From Octopus vulgaris (taxonomy: Eukaryota): a stretch of DNA of 64,000 nt. Positions 38,939 through 52,359 of the stretch are shown here, one piece after another; the first letter of the stretch is position 1, and every line of letters begins with the position of its first letter. The stretch lies in contig OX597833.1 in assembly GCA_951406725.2 (NCBI GenBank), positions 4,712,001-4,776,000 of the forward strand, in the 5' to 3' direction. The notes beneath the pieces were generated by a model, which saw nothing but the letters and a program-made list of their open reading frames with translations, had not been told where the DNA came from and made no database searches. Position numbers and translations under genes: made by a program.

Positions 38939-39289
38939 TATTGTTTTGAGCTGAGTGGGGGTGCTAGATTCCCTTGTTCGAAAATATAAGGACATAGATC
39001 GTGTCGTATAGCTATCGGGAGATGATGTCTCCTGGGGCTAAATTACAGTAATATTCGTATTAAACCAGGACTGCCATGTTATGTTGGCAAATAATCTTTA
39101 CTACGAAAGCAGTGCATTTCAACAGAAATATAGTAACAAAAGGATTAATTTCATTTAATATGTGTGCGTGTGTGTAATTAAAAAGTATTCGTTAACTATA
39201 AATTTGATAATAGAGGAAGAGCAGAGCTTATGAACCCTTCACCCCTACCTGTAAAATTGAAGAGGGTCAAGTTCAGTTTGAATGTCAGC

Positions 39290-39690
39290 TGGTCAACGTT
39301 TGGTAGACAACATGAGCAAGTGAGATTCCAGAGGGTTGCAGTAGTTCTGGGGAGAAAGGACTGGGTAATGTTATTTTGGTGTGGGATGCAGGAGGTGAGG
39401 CCCAGTGACATTGATGAGAGATGCTGTGTGTATGTAGGGGCCACATGTCCAAGTAATTCTGGGAAGCAAAGCACATTGTAGTGATAGACAAATGCAGAGA
39501 GAGAGGAGAAATAGCATGGCTGTGAAGCTGAGAATGTAGAAATTAGACCCTTGCCAACCAGTTGAAGATGCCTTCTTTTAGATGTAGTTTCAGATGTGTA
39601 AGGCGATATAGATTGATGGAGTGGATAAATGAGCCTCTTAACTCTGGTCTGAGACCAGACACAGCTGAAGGCCATTCAACCGTTTACCAA
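39290..39690 (-). mobile_element. Degenerate CR1/L2-group LINE 3' fragment
   Basis: QSFLPRTTATLWN motif in the ORF track, frameshifted. Confidence 0.5.
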
Positions 39691-40449
39691 AGATTCACAC
39701 ATCTGCCCTTAACCCTTTTAGCATTCAGATTATTGTCAAGCGTTTTGAATTAATCTTGGATTATCTTGTAACTTTGGTATTTCAAAATGATTGTTTTATT
39801 TTCGGAATGACATTACAGGGTAGGTGTGAGAGGCTGGATCTGGTTGGTTTGAACACAAAACAAATAAAATATTTAGGCTGGATGCGACCAGTTTCAATGT
39901 CAACGAGTTAAACTGCTCCTAGAGTCACCTCTGTTCTTCTGTGCTAGTAATCTGCTTTTTGAGCAACTGTTTGGAGATTTGAGCAACTGCACGAACGGAT
40001 CCCAACAAAGCATACTTAGAATTAGAGAATCAACCAGCCCCTATAACACAATAAACACCAATTCTAGAAATACATAAAACCATCATCATATTTATTCAAA
40101 CTGAACTTGACCCTTTTCAATTTTACAGGTGGAGGTGAAGGGTTGCTGAAGGGTTCATAAGCTCTGCTCTTCCTCTATTATCAAATTTATAGCTAACAAA
40201 TACTTTTTAATTACTCACACGCACACATATTAAATGAAATTAATCCTTGTGTTACTATATTTCTGTTGAAATGCACTGCCTTCATAGTAAAGATTGTTTG
40301 CCAACATAACAAGGTAGTCCTGGTTTAGGCCAAATGTTACTGTAATTTAGCCCCAGGAGACATTGCCTCCAGCTGGCTATACGACACGATCTCTGTCCTT
40401 ATATTTTCGAACAAGGGAATCTAGCACCCCAACTCAGCTCGAAACAATA

Positions 40450-40494
40450 TCTGTGTATCACAATTTCTGGGTTATTTCCCTTCATCAGCACAGA
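40450..40494 (-). ncRNA. Hammerhead-like motif (inverted copy of 38894-38938)
   Basis: tctgtg-CTGATGA-aggg(aaataa)ccca-GAAA-ttgtga-TA-cacaga on the minus strand. Confidence 0.55.
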
Positions 40495-41289
40495 ATGAGT
40501 GGGGGTGCTAGATTCCCTTGTTCGAAAATATAAGGACATATTGCTACAAAAAAATAACCATTATATAATATCCATAAAAATAAAGCAAAAAACAAACTCA
40601 AACAAAGATCTCCAAATCTTTTCATGAGAGACAAGAAAGCCTAAAGACACATTTCCAAACAGATCTAATTCTATGGAATCCACATCAACAACCAGGAGAG
40701 AAAGAGAGAGAGAGCTACTGAAGGTGATGCAGGAGATTTAGGATTACTGTTATCGCCTTCCAAATGTTGGGAATGAAAGCAACAAGAGAATCAGGAATTG
40801 GCTGGATTATACAGACGAAGGATGCTACTTGTACCAGGAAGTGATTAGATGCTATTATGACAAGTGCTGTTATTCCTGGTTAAAAGATGTGGTTTACTCT
40901 TTGCTTTTTTGTTTTTTCCCACTGAAATTTTGTTCATATCTTTTTTTATGAAGTTCTCTCAAAGTCAAGTGTAATGGCATTGGCCTGTTTTTACACAACA
41001 TATTAAATGTAATGTGAGTTAGGTGGTATGGGAAAAACAAGTCAGAAAAAACCCCCAGAAAAGATACTCTTTCACACACACACATTATGATACTAACCAT
41101 GTGTGCATGTACATACGCACGCACACACACACATATATATATCATCATCATCATCATCATCGTTTAACGTCCGTTCTCCATGCTAGCATGGGTTGGATGG
41201 TTCGACCAGGGTCTGGGAAGCCAGGGCTGCACCAGGCTCCAGTCTGATCTGGCAGTGTTTCTACAGATGGATGGCCTTCCTAACACCAA

Positions 41290-41333
<44 letters not shown>

Positions 41334-42198
41334 CCATATGTACACATATACATACACATATGTACACATATATGCATTTATATATATGTGTGTGTGTGTG
41401 TGTATACATATACACACATTTGAAAGAATATCAGTAATAACAATATGAGCAATATTTCAAAACCTTCGTTCCTACAGCTGTTTCAATAACTCATTACATA
41501 ATATTAAAGATGGTCCTACTAATCCTACTTATAGCACACAAGATCACATTTTCTTGTGGGGGGGGGGCTTTTTCAATGATGAATTACCGATTTCAAATCA
41601 GCTATTATGTAGGTTGAAGATTCAAGGAGAAAATAAAATGAAAAAAAAAAAGAGAAAATAAAATAAAGGAATATTGAGATGAAAAATAGGAAGAAAGCCT
41701 GAAGGTGGAAGAAGATGGCAGAAGACACTCTTTTACTCAATTCAGTCATTTGACTGCAGCCATGCTGGAGCACCGCCTTTAGTCGAGCAAATCGACTCCA
41801 GGACTTATTCTTTGTAAGCCTAGTTCTTATTCTATCAGTCTCTTTTGCCGAACCGCTAAGTTATGGGGACGTAATCACACCAGCATCGGTTGTCAAGAGA
41901 TGTTGGGAGGACAAACACACATATATATTCATATATACGACAGGCTTCTTTCAGTTTCCGTCTACCAAATCTACTCACAAGGCTTTGGTCGGCCCGAGGC
42001 TATAGTAGAAGACACTTGCCCCTGGAAAATGGCTCAACATGGAAGAAGATATTACAAGAAAACATGAAGAAAGAGGAAGATGATGAAGATGAGGTATAAA
42101 GGACTTTGTGAACATATTTAAAAAAAACAAAAAAACAGACAACAAAGTATGATGCTGGTGAGTGTAATTAATAGAAGCATTCCTGGTTCCGCTCTTAC

Positions 42199-43503
42199 CT
42201 CATCCATGGCATACACTTGTGCAAGGGACTTTAAATAATCAATCAGAATGGGATCAACCTCGTAATATGATTGATGGTCTTCATTCTCCATATTGGAATC
42301 CTCGGTTCCATAATAATTACCATTGTCCAAAGAGCTGTTGTAATTATGGTAATTATTATTCTCCTCAAAAGCTCCCATAGAGTCTGGGTTTGTTTGGTAA
42401 GATTCGTAGCCGAGGGCCGAGCTGTGGTGGTGGCCACCAGTGGTGTTAGGACCGAACCCTTCATACTGACCATACCCTTGAGATTTCCCATTGTATGCAT
42501 CTGTTTTGCTGGATTCCTGATAAGCACCGGTCATTTTATAGGGGTCGTATTTGTTATGGGAAGGGCTCGCTAGGTAGATAGCCTTGCTCCACATTTCACG
42601 AGGATTAAAATTCCTATCGGATATTTTTGTGGTTGAAGCCGTTTGGTGGTGATGGTCATGGTGATCAGAATGTTGGGGGTCCTGATGGTGATGGTCGTGG
42701 TGGCTTGGCTGATAAACAGAATTGGTTGAGTCATAAGAATTATGTCCATTGTACAATGCAATATTTCTATAGTAACTCCGAGCATGCTCAAGAGCCTTTG
42801 ACCATCGGTCTTGAGGTTTCGCCGTGTCATATTGGACCGACTGATTGTATTCGTTATTATTATGATACACCGTACCATTGTGGTAAGAATGGTTAGATTC
42901 CAAATGGTACTGAGAATTTTCATATTCAGAAGAAATATGGTTAGAATGGTTAGTCATATTACTGGAATTCTCTTTCTGGTAACCATTAGACATTTTGTCT
43001 TGATAAAACCGGTCATTCTGTGAATGTTTGGCTCCGTATGTCTGGGAGTGAGAGTCATATGGTACTTGGACGTCTCTAGATGTTTGTCTGTAAACAGTCT
43101 GGTCAAAAGATTGCTGGGTATTAAACTTCTTTGAACTGGACAACTGACTGTGTGTGTAGTGAGTGGAGGTGTGATAGGGCTGTTGGTCAGAAGTCTGTTG
43201 GAAGTTAACTTGGTCAATGGAATTATTCTGACCGTAAGAATACACAGGTTCAGCATGTTTGTAAGTGTGATGTTGTGTGCTATAGTCGGACTGAGAACTG
43301 GAATGGTGTCCATTGTATTGATATTCTTGGATAGGAGACAAAGTCTGGTTTTCGTGTGCCTGTTGTTGTGGTTGGGACGTCCAATGGGTACCATAATCTA
43401 AGTATTCTTCCGATGGATCTTTCTCGCACAAACCGTACGGATCATACTTCCTGTTTCCATTGAACGGTCTGTATGAGTAACGGTACGGTTTGGTCGCCGC
43501 CAT
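42199..43503 (-). CDS. Putative alternative first coding exon of N-WASP (or nested gene): 435-aa Y/H/Q/N/S/D-rich low-complexity domain
   Basis: Longest ORF in the window and not microsatellite-derived. In-frame TAA lies directly before the ATG. Composition changes abruptly at GAG|gtaaga (42199), a phase-0 donor compatible with the exon starting at 36089. Confidence 0.75.
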
Positions 43504-44389
43504 TTAGCCGAAGAAATCGGTGCAAAAGGAAGAGTTATTGGGAAATATTAGAATGCAGCAGTTTCTTTTTGTTTTTGATTTTTACTAATAGACAATCCAT
43601 CTATTGTAACTATAAACTTGATATTGAGACAGCTACAGTAATTTCTGTGGATTAACAGCATGTAATTGGGGGGGGGGGGGGTGATGTGGTTCACAGGATG
43701 ATAGTGGTGGCGGTGGGAGAATAGAATGCTGTTGCAATACAGATTAGGATTACCAATAGATAATCATTAAAAAGGATTATTGCATCAAAGTATGTTCTCA
43801 TTCTTCACCGAGTGGAACCCCTCCCCTACCTATGGTGGATTAATGGAATCTAGAGAGACTGCTGTCTAGTGGTGGCTCTGCGCTTTATTACTGAGGACAT
43901 GAAGTCACGTGTTGGTCATATCTTTGGCTGGCAATAAACGCTGAATCACACTGCGTAAGGTTAATTATGCAGCCATGCAAGGGATTCTGGGAAATAAGTA
44001 TGACGACAACAGGATGACCAAAGAGAGACAGAAACGAATATATATATATATATATATATAGTCACCATACACATACACAGAATCTTGTATATAGTCTCAC
44101 ACACACACAGAACCAGTTACTTGAATAAGATCTTTGTCCCATTTGCTTTCAGTCATTAGACTCTGGCCCTGCTGGAGCACCACCTTGAAGAACCTTTCAG
44201 TTGAATGAATCAACCCCAGAATTTATATTCTTTAAGCATAGCATGTATTACATCAGTCTCATTTGCTGAGCTGCTCAGTTACATGGACACAAACACACCA
44301 ACACCAATTGTCAGATGCTGGTGGGGGAGACAAACACACACACATATACACACACACACATATACACATACACACATATACACATACAC

Positions 44390-44440
<51 letters not shown>

Positions 44441-44583
44441 CATATGGTGTTGGAAAGGGCATCCAGCTGTAGAAACACTGCCAGATCAGACTGGAGCCTG
44501 GTGCAGCTGCCTGGCTTCCCAGATCCCAGTCGAACCATCCAACCCATGCCAGCATGGAAAACAGAGGTTAAACGATGATGATG

Positions 44584-44620
<37 letters not shown>

Positions 44621-47600
44621 GATGGGCTTCTTTCAGTTTCCGTCTACCAAATCCACTCACAAGGCTTTAGTCGGCCCGAGGCTATAATAGAAGACACTTG
44701 CCCAAGGTGCCATGCAGTGGGACTGAACCCAGAACCATGTGGCTGGGAAGCAAGTTTCTTATCACACAGCCATGCTTTTGCCTGTCATCACCGTCATCAC
44801 ATGCAGACATTTACACCAATATATAATGAAGCCAGAGTCAATTTTACTGAATTTCTCAAAAAAACTTGGTTGCATAAAAAAATTTATTGAAGAACAGAGG
44901 CAGCCTAATTGCAAGAAATATATAATTATGAAAGTTCATTAACAAAGGTGGAGTGTGTCGTTTAATTAATCAAACACGCAGTAACATTACATACTACTAT
45001 ATTCGAAGGTGGGTGGGAAAGAGAAGGTGAAATCAGTTCGTTATCTCTCAGAATGAGTAGCTAATTAATATTTCCAGTAAGTAGTAGTAGTACACAAATG
45101 CAACTGGGGGAATTAGCAATGAAAAATAGCTTGGTGATGGAGGTGGTAATGGTGGCAACAGTAGAGATGGAGGTTGCAGTGGTGGTGGTGGTGATTGTAG
45201 ACAATGATATTAAATGAAAATAATAAATAAATAAATAAACGACTGCTTGAAAAACAGAACCAAAATTAATGAAACAAATAAAAACACAAAAGAAGGAAAA
45301 AAAAACTATGTAAGTTACAAAAAATTTTTTGAAAAAATATCTTGAATTTTTTCCGTAATTTAGTCTGAAGTGGGTGGGAAGAATTTGGTTTAGAGATAAA
45401 GACAGATTTTCCCAAACTTAGAGCCTTAATATTTCAGGTTCAAATCCTTCTTTGGCCATATTTCTTAGCAAAATGCAGGGCCTGTGTATTTTAATTAATT
45501 TTGTATACAATCAAGAACAACGGTCTGGTAGAATCGGTTGAGCATCAAAACAAAATGCCGGCATATATTTAGTCAGAATGTAACTACGCCTAACATTATG
45601 TTGTGTGTTGGAAATCAGCCAAGGTCAACCTTGTTGTTTATCCTCTTGAGGTCGATAAACAAAAAGAGAGAGAGAGAGAGAGAGAGAAAGAAAGAAAAGA
45701 GTAGCAGAGAAGTATTGCAGATGATGAAATATTCCCATGATGCATCACCTGAGACATGAATGGGGAAAATCAAATGATTAAGACCAAGGCTTAAAGGATG
45801 GGTTAACGGCTTACTGAAAGAACTTTGACATTATCAATCTGGTGCTTGGAACAGGAGTAGAATATGAAGTACAAAGTTTATCATGATGATATGCGTAGCT
45901 GTTATTCTAGTCATCATTTAACACTCATCTTCCCTGCTGTCTTTATATGGACAGTTTAAGAGGATCTGACGAAACAGAGGGCAATGTTGAGGTCTAGTGT
46001 CTGCTTTGGTACGGTTTCTACTGCTGGATGCCCATCCAAATGCCAGCCATTCTATACAGTATACTAGGTGGGTTTTTTTTTTGTGACACCAACACAAATG
46101 ATGTCACCAAATAGCTTACAAGACCCCTTGACTTGAGTGTGGGCATGGCACTGAGGGAGGTGGTTTCTGTAACAGGTATTGAGAGGCGAAAGTATGAGAG
46201 AGAGAGAGACAAGAACAGGTGTTTTGCTGTAAAGGAGACACATGGCTACCTTAGCTGGAAAAAGGGAAATGGTGGAGACAAGGTGTTAGGGCAAAACCTG
46301 CAAGGTACGAGAAAGTATATAAAGACAGAAAAGGGACAGAGAATCAAGGATGTCTGGACATTCAGGTAGTTTAGTTGATTGCAAATTGGAAAATTATGGC
46401 CAGAAATTCTAACCAAAATCCACTGAGTGTGTGTTTTTGTTTTTGTTGTCCTTGCAGGACAAAAAAATAAAAAGAACCTGTGAAAAGATGAATGAACTCA
46501 GAAGAGTTAATGGCCATTCAACAGCTGAGAATAAGGGACACCCTAGTCTTTATTCAAACATTTCTCGAAGAGAAGGAATTTCCAAAATAACACCTTTACA
46601 TATTGCAAAGCTGGACATGTTACTCTTACCCGTTTCTTAATTTTAAATGTCAACACTGGAATTGCTGACAATATATAGTGTATCCATCATTGGTAGGGTC
46701 AACAAAAAACTTTGAGTGAGAAATATCATTCAATAAGCATAGAATTTCTATACGAGTTACTTTAAGTTTTATACTCAGATGGTACAACAAGCAGATGTGC
46801 TTGTAGAGCATGCTGTGTACTATCCTACACAGGCTCAAGACACACAGATACACAACCATTTTAATGTACACTTTTCCATGCCTGCATGAGTCAGATGATA
46901 ACCCTATTGAATCAGATTTTTGTACAACCAGATGCTTCTCCTGTCGGCAACTCTCACCCGTTTTCAAACAATATATTTTCCCTGGTCTATCAAGCAACAA
47001 ATGGCCCCGATGGGCTTTCACAGAGGCTTGAAAACAAACAATATTATCCGTATGAACAGTGACTATCTGAGCAGATATACAACCAAGGGGAAGTACAGGA
47101 CTGGCACGAACCTGGATAGCATCCCCAAAGTCCATCCCCTCCTCACCGTGGTGGGGACGCTGTCAACGGAACTTCGGTTCCTGGTAGGGCCACCCAAGGT
47201 GGATTGGTCTGACACCGAGTGGTATTAGGGCAACAACCCAGCAGACGGGGCTCTGGTGAAAATCCTCGGAGTATCTGCTTCGGCAACCGGTGGCTCCTCG
47301 ATTGTTCTGTCCCTGTGGACAATCTGTGGCAAACAGGATGTCTCCACATGCGGGATTGTTGGAGACCGCTTGTGAAATCCACATATTTCCATGAAACTTC
47401 TTCCATGAGTAGAAGAAGCCGACTCAACCCACCCAGGATGAATGCCGCCACAAGTACAAGTAAGAACCTGGATAGTTATATGACTAACTGGAGTTGAAGC
47501 TAGTAGGAATCTGGGTAGATGTAAAACAAACTGGGGTACAGGTAGGAATGAGCCAGCTTGGGTGGATATACAAGTAGCTGGATTAGAGATTGGGGTGAGA

Positions 47601-47687
47601 TTAGGTGGAGTGAACCTGGGTAGATGTTCAAATAGAGACTGGAATAGAGCCAGACAGAGAGAGGAAATGGTATCGTTTCTGAGTCGA

Positions 47688-48102
47688 GGCGGCGAGCTGG
47701 CAGAAACATTAGCACACCGGGCGAAATGCGTAGCCATATTTCGCCAGCCGTTACATTCTGAGTTCAAATTCCGCCGAGGTCGACTTTGTCTTTCATCCTT
47801 TCAGGGTCGATAAATTAAGTACCAGTTACATACTGGAGTCGATGTAATCGACTTAATACCTATGTCTGTCCTTGTTTGTCCCCTCTGTGTTTAGCCTCTT
47901 GTGGGTAGTAAAGAAATAGGTATACCGTCTGCCGCTACGTACTGAGTTCAAATTCCGCCGAGGTCGACTTTGCCTTTCATCCTTTCGGGGTCGATAAATT
48001 AAGTACCAGTTACGCACTGGAGTCGATGTAATCGACTTAATACCTATGTCTGTCCTTGTTTGTCTCCTCTGTGTTTAGCCCCTTGTAGGTAATAAAGAAA
48101 TA
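47688..48102 (+). mobile_element. SINE family A dimer
   Basis: Head plus two units; flanking direct repeat atcgtttct(g/a)agtc. Confidence 0.85.
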
Positions 48103-49106
48103 GGGATCGTTTCTAAGTCAGTGATTGCAGTTTAGTGACGGATGTGAGTGAATGTTTGGTGAAAGAGAACAACCAGTAGGTTTGGATGGGGAAAAACCCT
48201 GAAAAACTAAGCAGTTTATAGTACAATATTGCAGTCGGTCAACCAATTTCCCTTGGGGTGGTGTTGAGTTGGTGAGCAGGTAAGTGTTTACACCAACACA
48301 TAAACCAACTCTTCACAAAATAACAAGGTTAATAAAATAATGAAGCTGTGTTTAATTAACACTAAGCTTTTTTTTATGGAATGTGAAAGTGGTGATGGTT
48401 GGTGGTTGTGAAGGTGGTGGTAAGAGTAGTGATGGTGATAGTGGGGGCGACGATGATGGTAGTGGTAGTGGTGGTGGTGGTGGAGAGAAAGTGAGCAACA
48501 TTAATGTGTTGGCTGCAAATGGAAATTAATTAGACAAAAGGTTGTTAAACAGCCAAGAAAAGAAAAAAAAGTACATATACAAATAACAAATTAGACGCCT
48601 ATATACGTTGCAACATTCGAGCGGAATTAGCAGAAGATCAATCTAATAAATAAGACAGATGTTATGCTAATGAACAGACCTAACACAAAACACACACAGG
48701 CCACATGGAGATATATATGTGCGTGTATATATATATATATATATACACACAAACACACGTCTTGTACACATATACACACATGCACACATATGCACTCGTG
48801 AACTTAATAGCTTCGTTATAATGGCTGCGAGGAATTTAGTAATTTATAAATAAAGTCAAGGCAATATATAATTTAAGTACAAGCTACATACGGGGTGTGG
48901 GGTAGGGCGGGGCAGGGGGGCGTCTAGATGCTAATCAATGAACTCCCTACGCCCCCCACTCGCCCCTCCCCCCAGTTATTGATCTGTCGTGTATTTTATT
49001 ATCCCAGCAATGATGACCTTGATGGGATATATTGACTGACAGGTCTGCTGGGTCAGGGTTAACCTGGAGTTAAAGAACAACATCTCTATATATATAAACG
49101 GCAAAA

Positions 49107-49138
<32 letters not shown>

Positions 49139-49634
49139 CATGTCATTTATACAAATCCACAATTTTTCAGTTTCTATGGTCATTCAAAACCGTCCAAGGG
49201 TGGTCATGCACATCTTTACATTTCCCCAGTCACCCCGCAAAGCCATTAAAAAAATCAATAGAAGTGACTTTTTTGTGAATTTTCTATCCAAAATCCAATC
49301 AAAATGCCCGAAACTTGATACGCCAATTGAATGCCAGCTAGCTGTATGTGATTGGTCGGAGATTTGGACAGTACTCGCGTGTATGTGTGCACGCACACAG
49401 CTGTATATGCATGCACTAGCACTATGACCTGGCAACGCCGGGTCATAGTGCTAGTCTATACATATCCTACAATGTATGTATGTGTATGTCTGTGTATTAT
49501 ACATACACACTATCATCACCATCGTTTAACATCCAAAAACCTTGTGAGTCACTTCGGTTGACAGGAAGTGAAAACAAACCCCGTGTGTGTGTCCTCATTT
49601 CTGTATCATGCACTAATCAAAATTAATTATAATT

Positions 49635-50735
49635 CATCATCATCATCATCATCATTTAGCGTCCGTTTTCCATGCTAGCATGGGTTGGACGGTTCAACTG
49701 GGGTCTGGGGAGCCCGAAGGCTGCACCAGGCCAGTCAGATCTGGCAGTGTTTCTACAGCTGGATGCCCTTCCTAACGCCAACCACTCCGAGAGTGTAGTG
49801 GGTGATTTTATGTGCCACCGACACAGGTGCCAGACGAGGCTGGCGAACGGCCACGCTCGGATGGTGTTTTTATGTGCCACCGACACAGGTGCCAGACGAG
49901 GCTGGCAGACGGCCACGCTCGGATGGTGTTTTTATGTGCCACCGACACAGGTGCCAGATGAGGCTGGCAGGTGCCAGACGAGGCTGGCAGACGGCCACGC
50001 TCGGATGGTGTTTTTATGTGCCACCGACACAGGTGCCAGATGAGGCTGGCGGACGGCCACGATCGGATGGTGTTTGTTACGTCCCCAAAGCACGGAGGCC
50101 AGTCTATGCGGTACTGGCTACGGCCACGTTCGGATGATTTTCTTGTGTGCCACCGGCACTGGTACCACAAAGATACAAATTCCATTTATGTTCATCTATT
50201 TTGATTTGTTTTGATTTGATTTGATTTTCACTTGCCTCAACAGGTCTTCACAAGTGTCACAAGAAGGAAGGTATGCACAGGTGGACTGTCTACGTCGCCG
50301 GGTCTTCGGATGGTGTCTTTATGTGCCACCGACACAGGTGCCAGATGTGGCTGGCGAACGGCCACGATCGGATGGTTTTCTTGTGTGCCACCGGTACTGG
50401 AACCACAAAGATACAAATTCCATTGATGTTCATCTATTTTGATTTGGTTTGATTTTCACTTGCCTCAACAGGTCTTCACAAGTGTCACGCGTGTCACACA
50501 CTTGCCTCAACAGGTCTCCACAAGTGTCACACACTTGCCTCTGCCTCAACAGGTCTTCACAAAGTGTCACACACTTGCCTCTGCCTCAACAGGTCTTCAC
50601 AAGTGTCATAAGAGGGAAGGTATGCACAGGTGGACTGACTACGTCGCCGGGTCTTTGGATGGTGTTTTTATGTGCCACCGACACAGGTGCCAGGTGAGGC
50701 TGGCGAACGGCCACGATCAGATGGTGTTTGTTGCT
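49635..50735 (-). mobile_element. Long family C element with expanded internal repeats. Related copies near 2850-3130, 11436-11720, 22832-23040, 38255-38645, 57587-58190 and 59228-59480.
   Basis: Family C tail plus repeated tgtgccaccgacacaggtgccaga and cacttgcctcaacaggtcttcac units. Confidence 0.8.
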
Positions 50736-52218
50736 ACAATAAATTTTCTATGGCCCATGCAAGAAAAAGGAAACTAAACATTAAAGCCATGATGAAAATA
50801 ATGCTGATGATGATGATGTGTGTGAGTGTTAAGGAGTTTTCTTTCAAACAGTGTGCCATGTAGTGGCACTTTAGACAAGTGTCTTCCACTTCTGCTAAAG
50901 CCTTGGGCTGACCAACACTCTGGGAGAGCTTGGTTGATGGAAACTGTGTCGAAGCCATTTCAGTTGTTCACTTAAAGTTTTCAATGTTAAAACAGGTTGG
51001 CTGGAACTTATCTGAAGAAAGAATTTGTATTTGGATGCTCTTGCTGCTGCCAACCCTTAGCTATTTTCCAAGTGACGTGTGTGTGTGTGTATGTACGTTC
51101 ACATTTATGTATGTTTATATGTGCATATGTTAGTACATGTCTGTTTCTATGTATCATCATCATCATCGTTTAACGTCCGCTTTCCATGCTGGCATGGGTT
51201 GGACGATTTGACTGAGGCCTGGTGAACCAGATGGCTGCACATGGCTCCAATCTTGATCTGGCAGAGTTTCTACACCTGGATGCCCTTCCTAATGCCAACC
51301 ACTCCGAGAGTGTAGTGGGTGCTTTTAAAGTGCCACCGCAAAAGCACCAACTACATTCTCGGAGTGGTTGGCATTAGGAAGGGCATCCAGCTGTAGAAAC
51401 TAAAAAAAAAAAAAAACCATCAGTGACCGAAAGCATATCCTTGGAACTAAGTACTGTAATAAATATAAATTACTAAAAATAACCAACAGGCTGACAAAAT
51501 AAAATATTGGTATTGATAAGATTAAAAAGGGAAAGGAAAAAAAACCTGTCTATGGTGTTCTAGGATGGACTAAAGACAAATGATTGAAATGAAAGCAAAC
51601 TTTAAACAAAATGCGTGTGCATGGATACATGTGTATGCACACACATCGATTAATGACTGACCAAGGAACAAGAGTTACGTAATCCTGTTCAATAGCTCAC
51701 AGTTGTTTCTGCTGTAAGCAGCATTGCACTCATAGTTGAGTGCTTGCGTAACATCTTATAGCTCTGCCAAAACCATTTCAGTAAACCATCACCACCATCA
51801 TTTAACATCTGTTTTCCATGCTAGCATGGGTTGGACAGTTTGACAGGAGCTGTCCAGGTTCCAATGGTGAGTGTTGTCATGGTTTCTACAGCTGGATACC
51901 ATTCCTAATGCCAACCACTTTACAGAGTGCACTGGGTGCTGTTTACACGGCACCAGCACAGGTGACTTTTACGAGGTGCTGGTATGTATGTTTGTTGCAG
52001 AAAGCATTTAAATCTGTGGAGTTGATTACATACAGAACCATGAATTAAATCTGATAGAGTCGGAGGTGAAAAAAACCCCATATTAATTGATAATAAACTC
52101 TGCTTTAAAGCAGAATTATATTAAGTTCTAACTACTGGTCAATAGAATGGTTATACCTAGGAGGGATCATAAAGTATGGACACACATGATATGAAAATTA
52201 AATGCCAGAGAAACCAAC

Positions 52219-52359
52219 CTGCACATCGTATATCCGAAAGTAGTAAGAACGTCTGCTGTTGTCTTTGACAAAGCAGACGGCTCCAGAATGTCTCTTGTTC
52301 CATTGCTGTAAGTTGGGTCGTTCTGCAAGAAACAGCTGGCAAAGGGCTGATGCTAAAGT
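52219..52359 (-). CDS. WASL: N-WASP/WASP exon, N-terminal half of WH1/EVH1 domain (TLASALCQLFLAE...WNKRHSGAVCFVKDNSRRSYYFRIYDVQ)
   Basis: ttttgcag acceptor, CAG|gttggt donor, 141 nt, phase 0/0. GAVCFVKDN..RSYYFRIYD is the WASP WH1 signature. The upstream first exon was not found in the window. Confidence 0.93.

Noticed and set aside
41465-41495. Minus-strand GAAA-cagctg-TA half hammerhead
   Set aside because: No CUGANGA found upstream; at most a truncated relic
42118-42198. Hydrophobic C-terminal tail suggesting a transmembrane anchor
   Set aside because: Begins exactly at a GT donor and consists of U-rich intron-like sequence; more simply read-through into the intron
42118-43503. Reflectin identity for the Tyr-rich ORF
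   Set aside because: Lacks the Met-rich repeated reflectin motif and has low Met and Arg content
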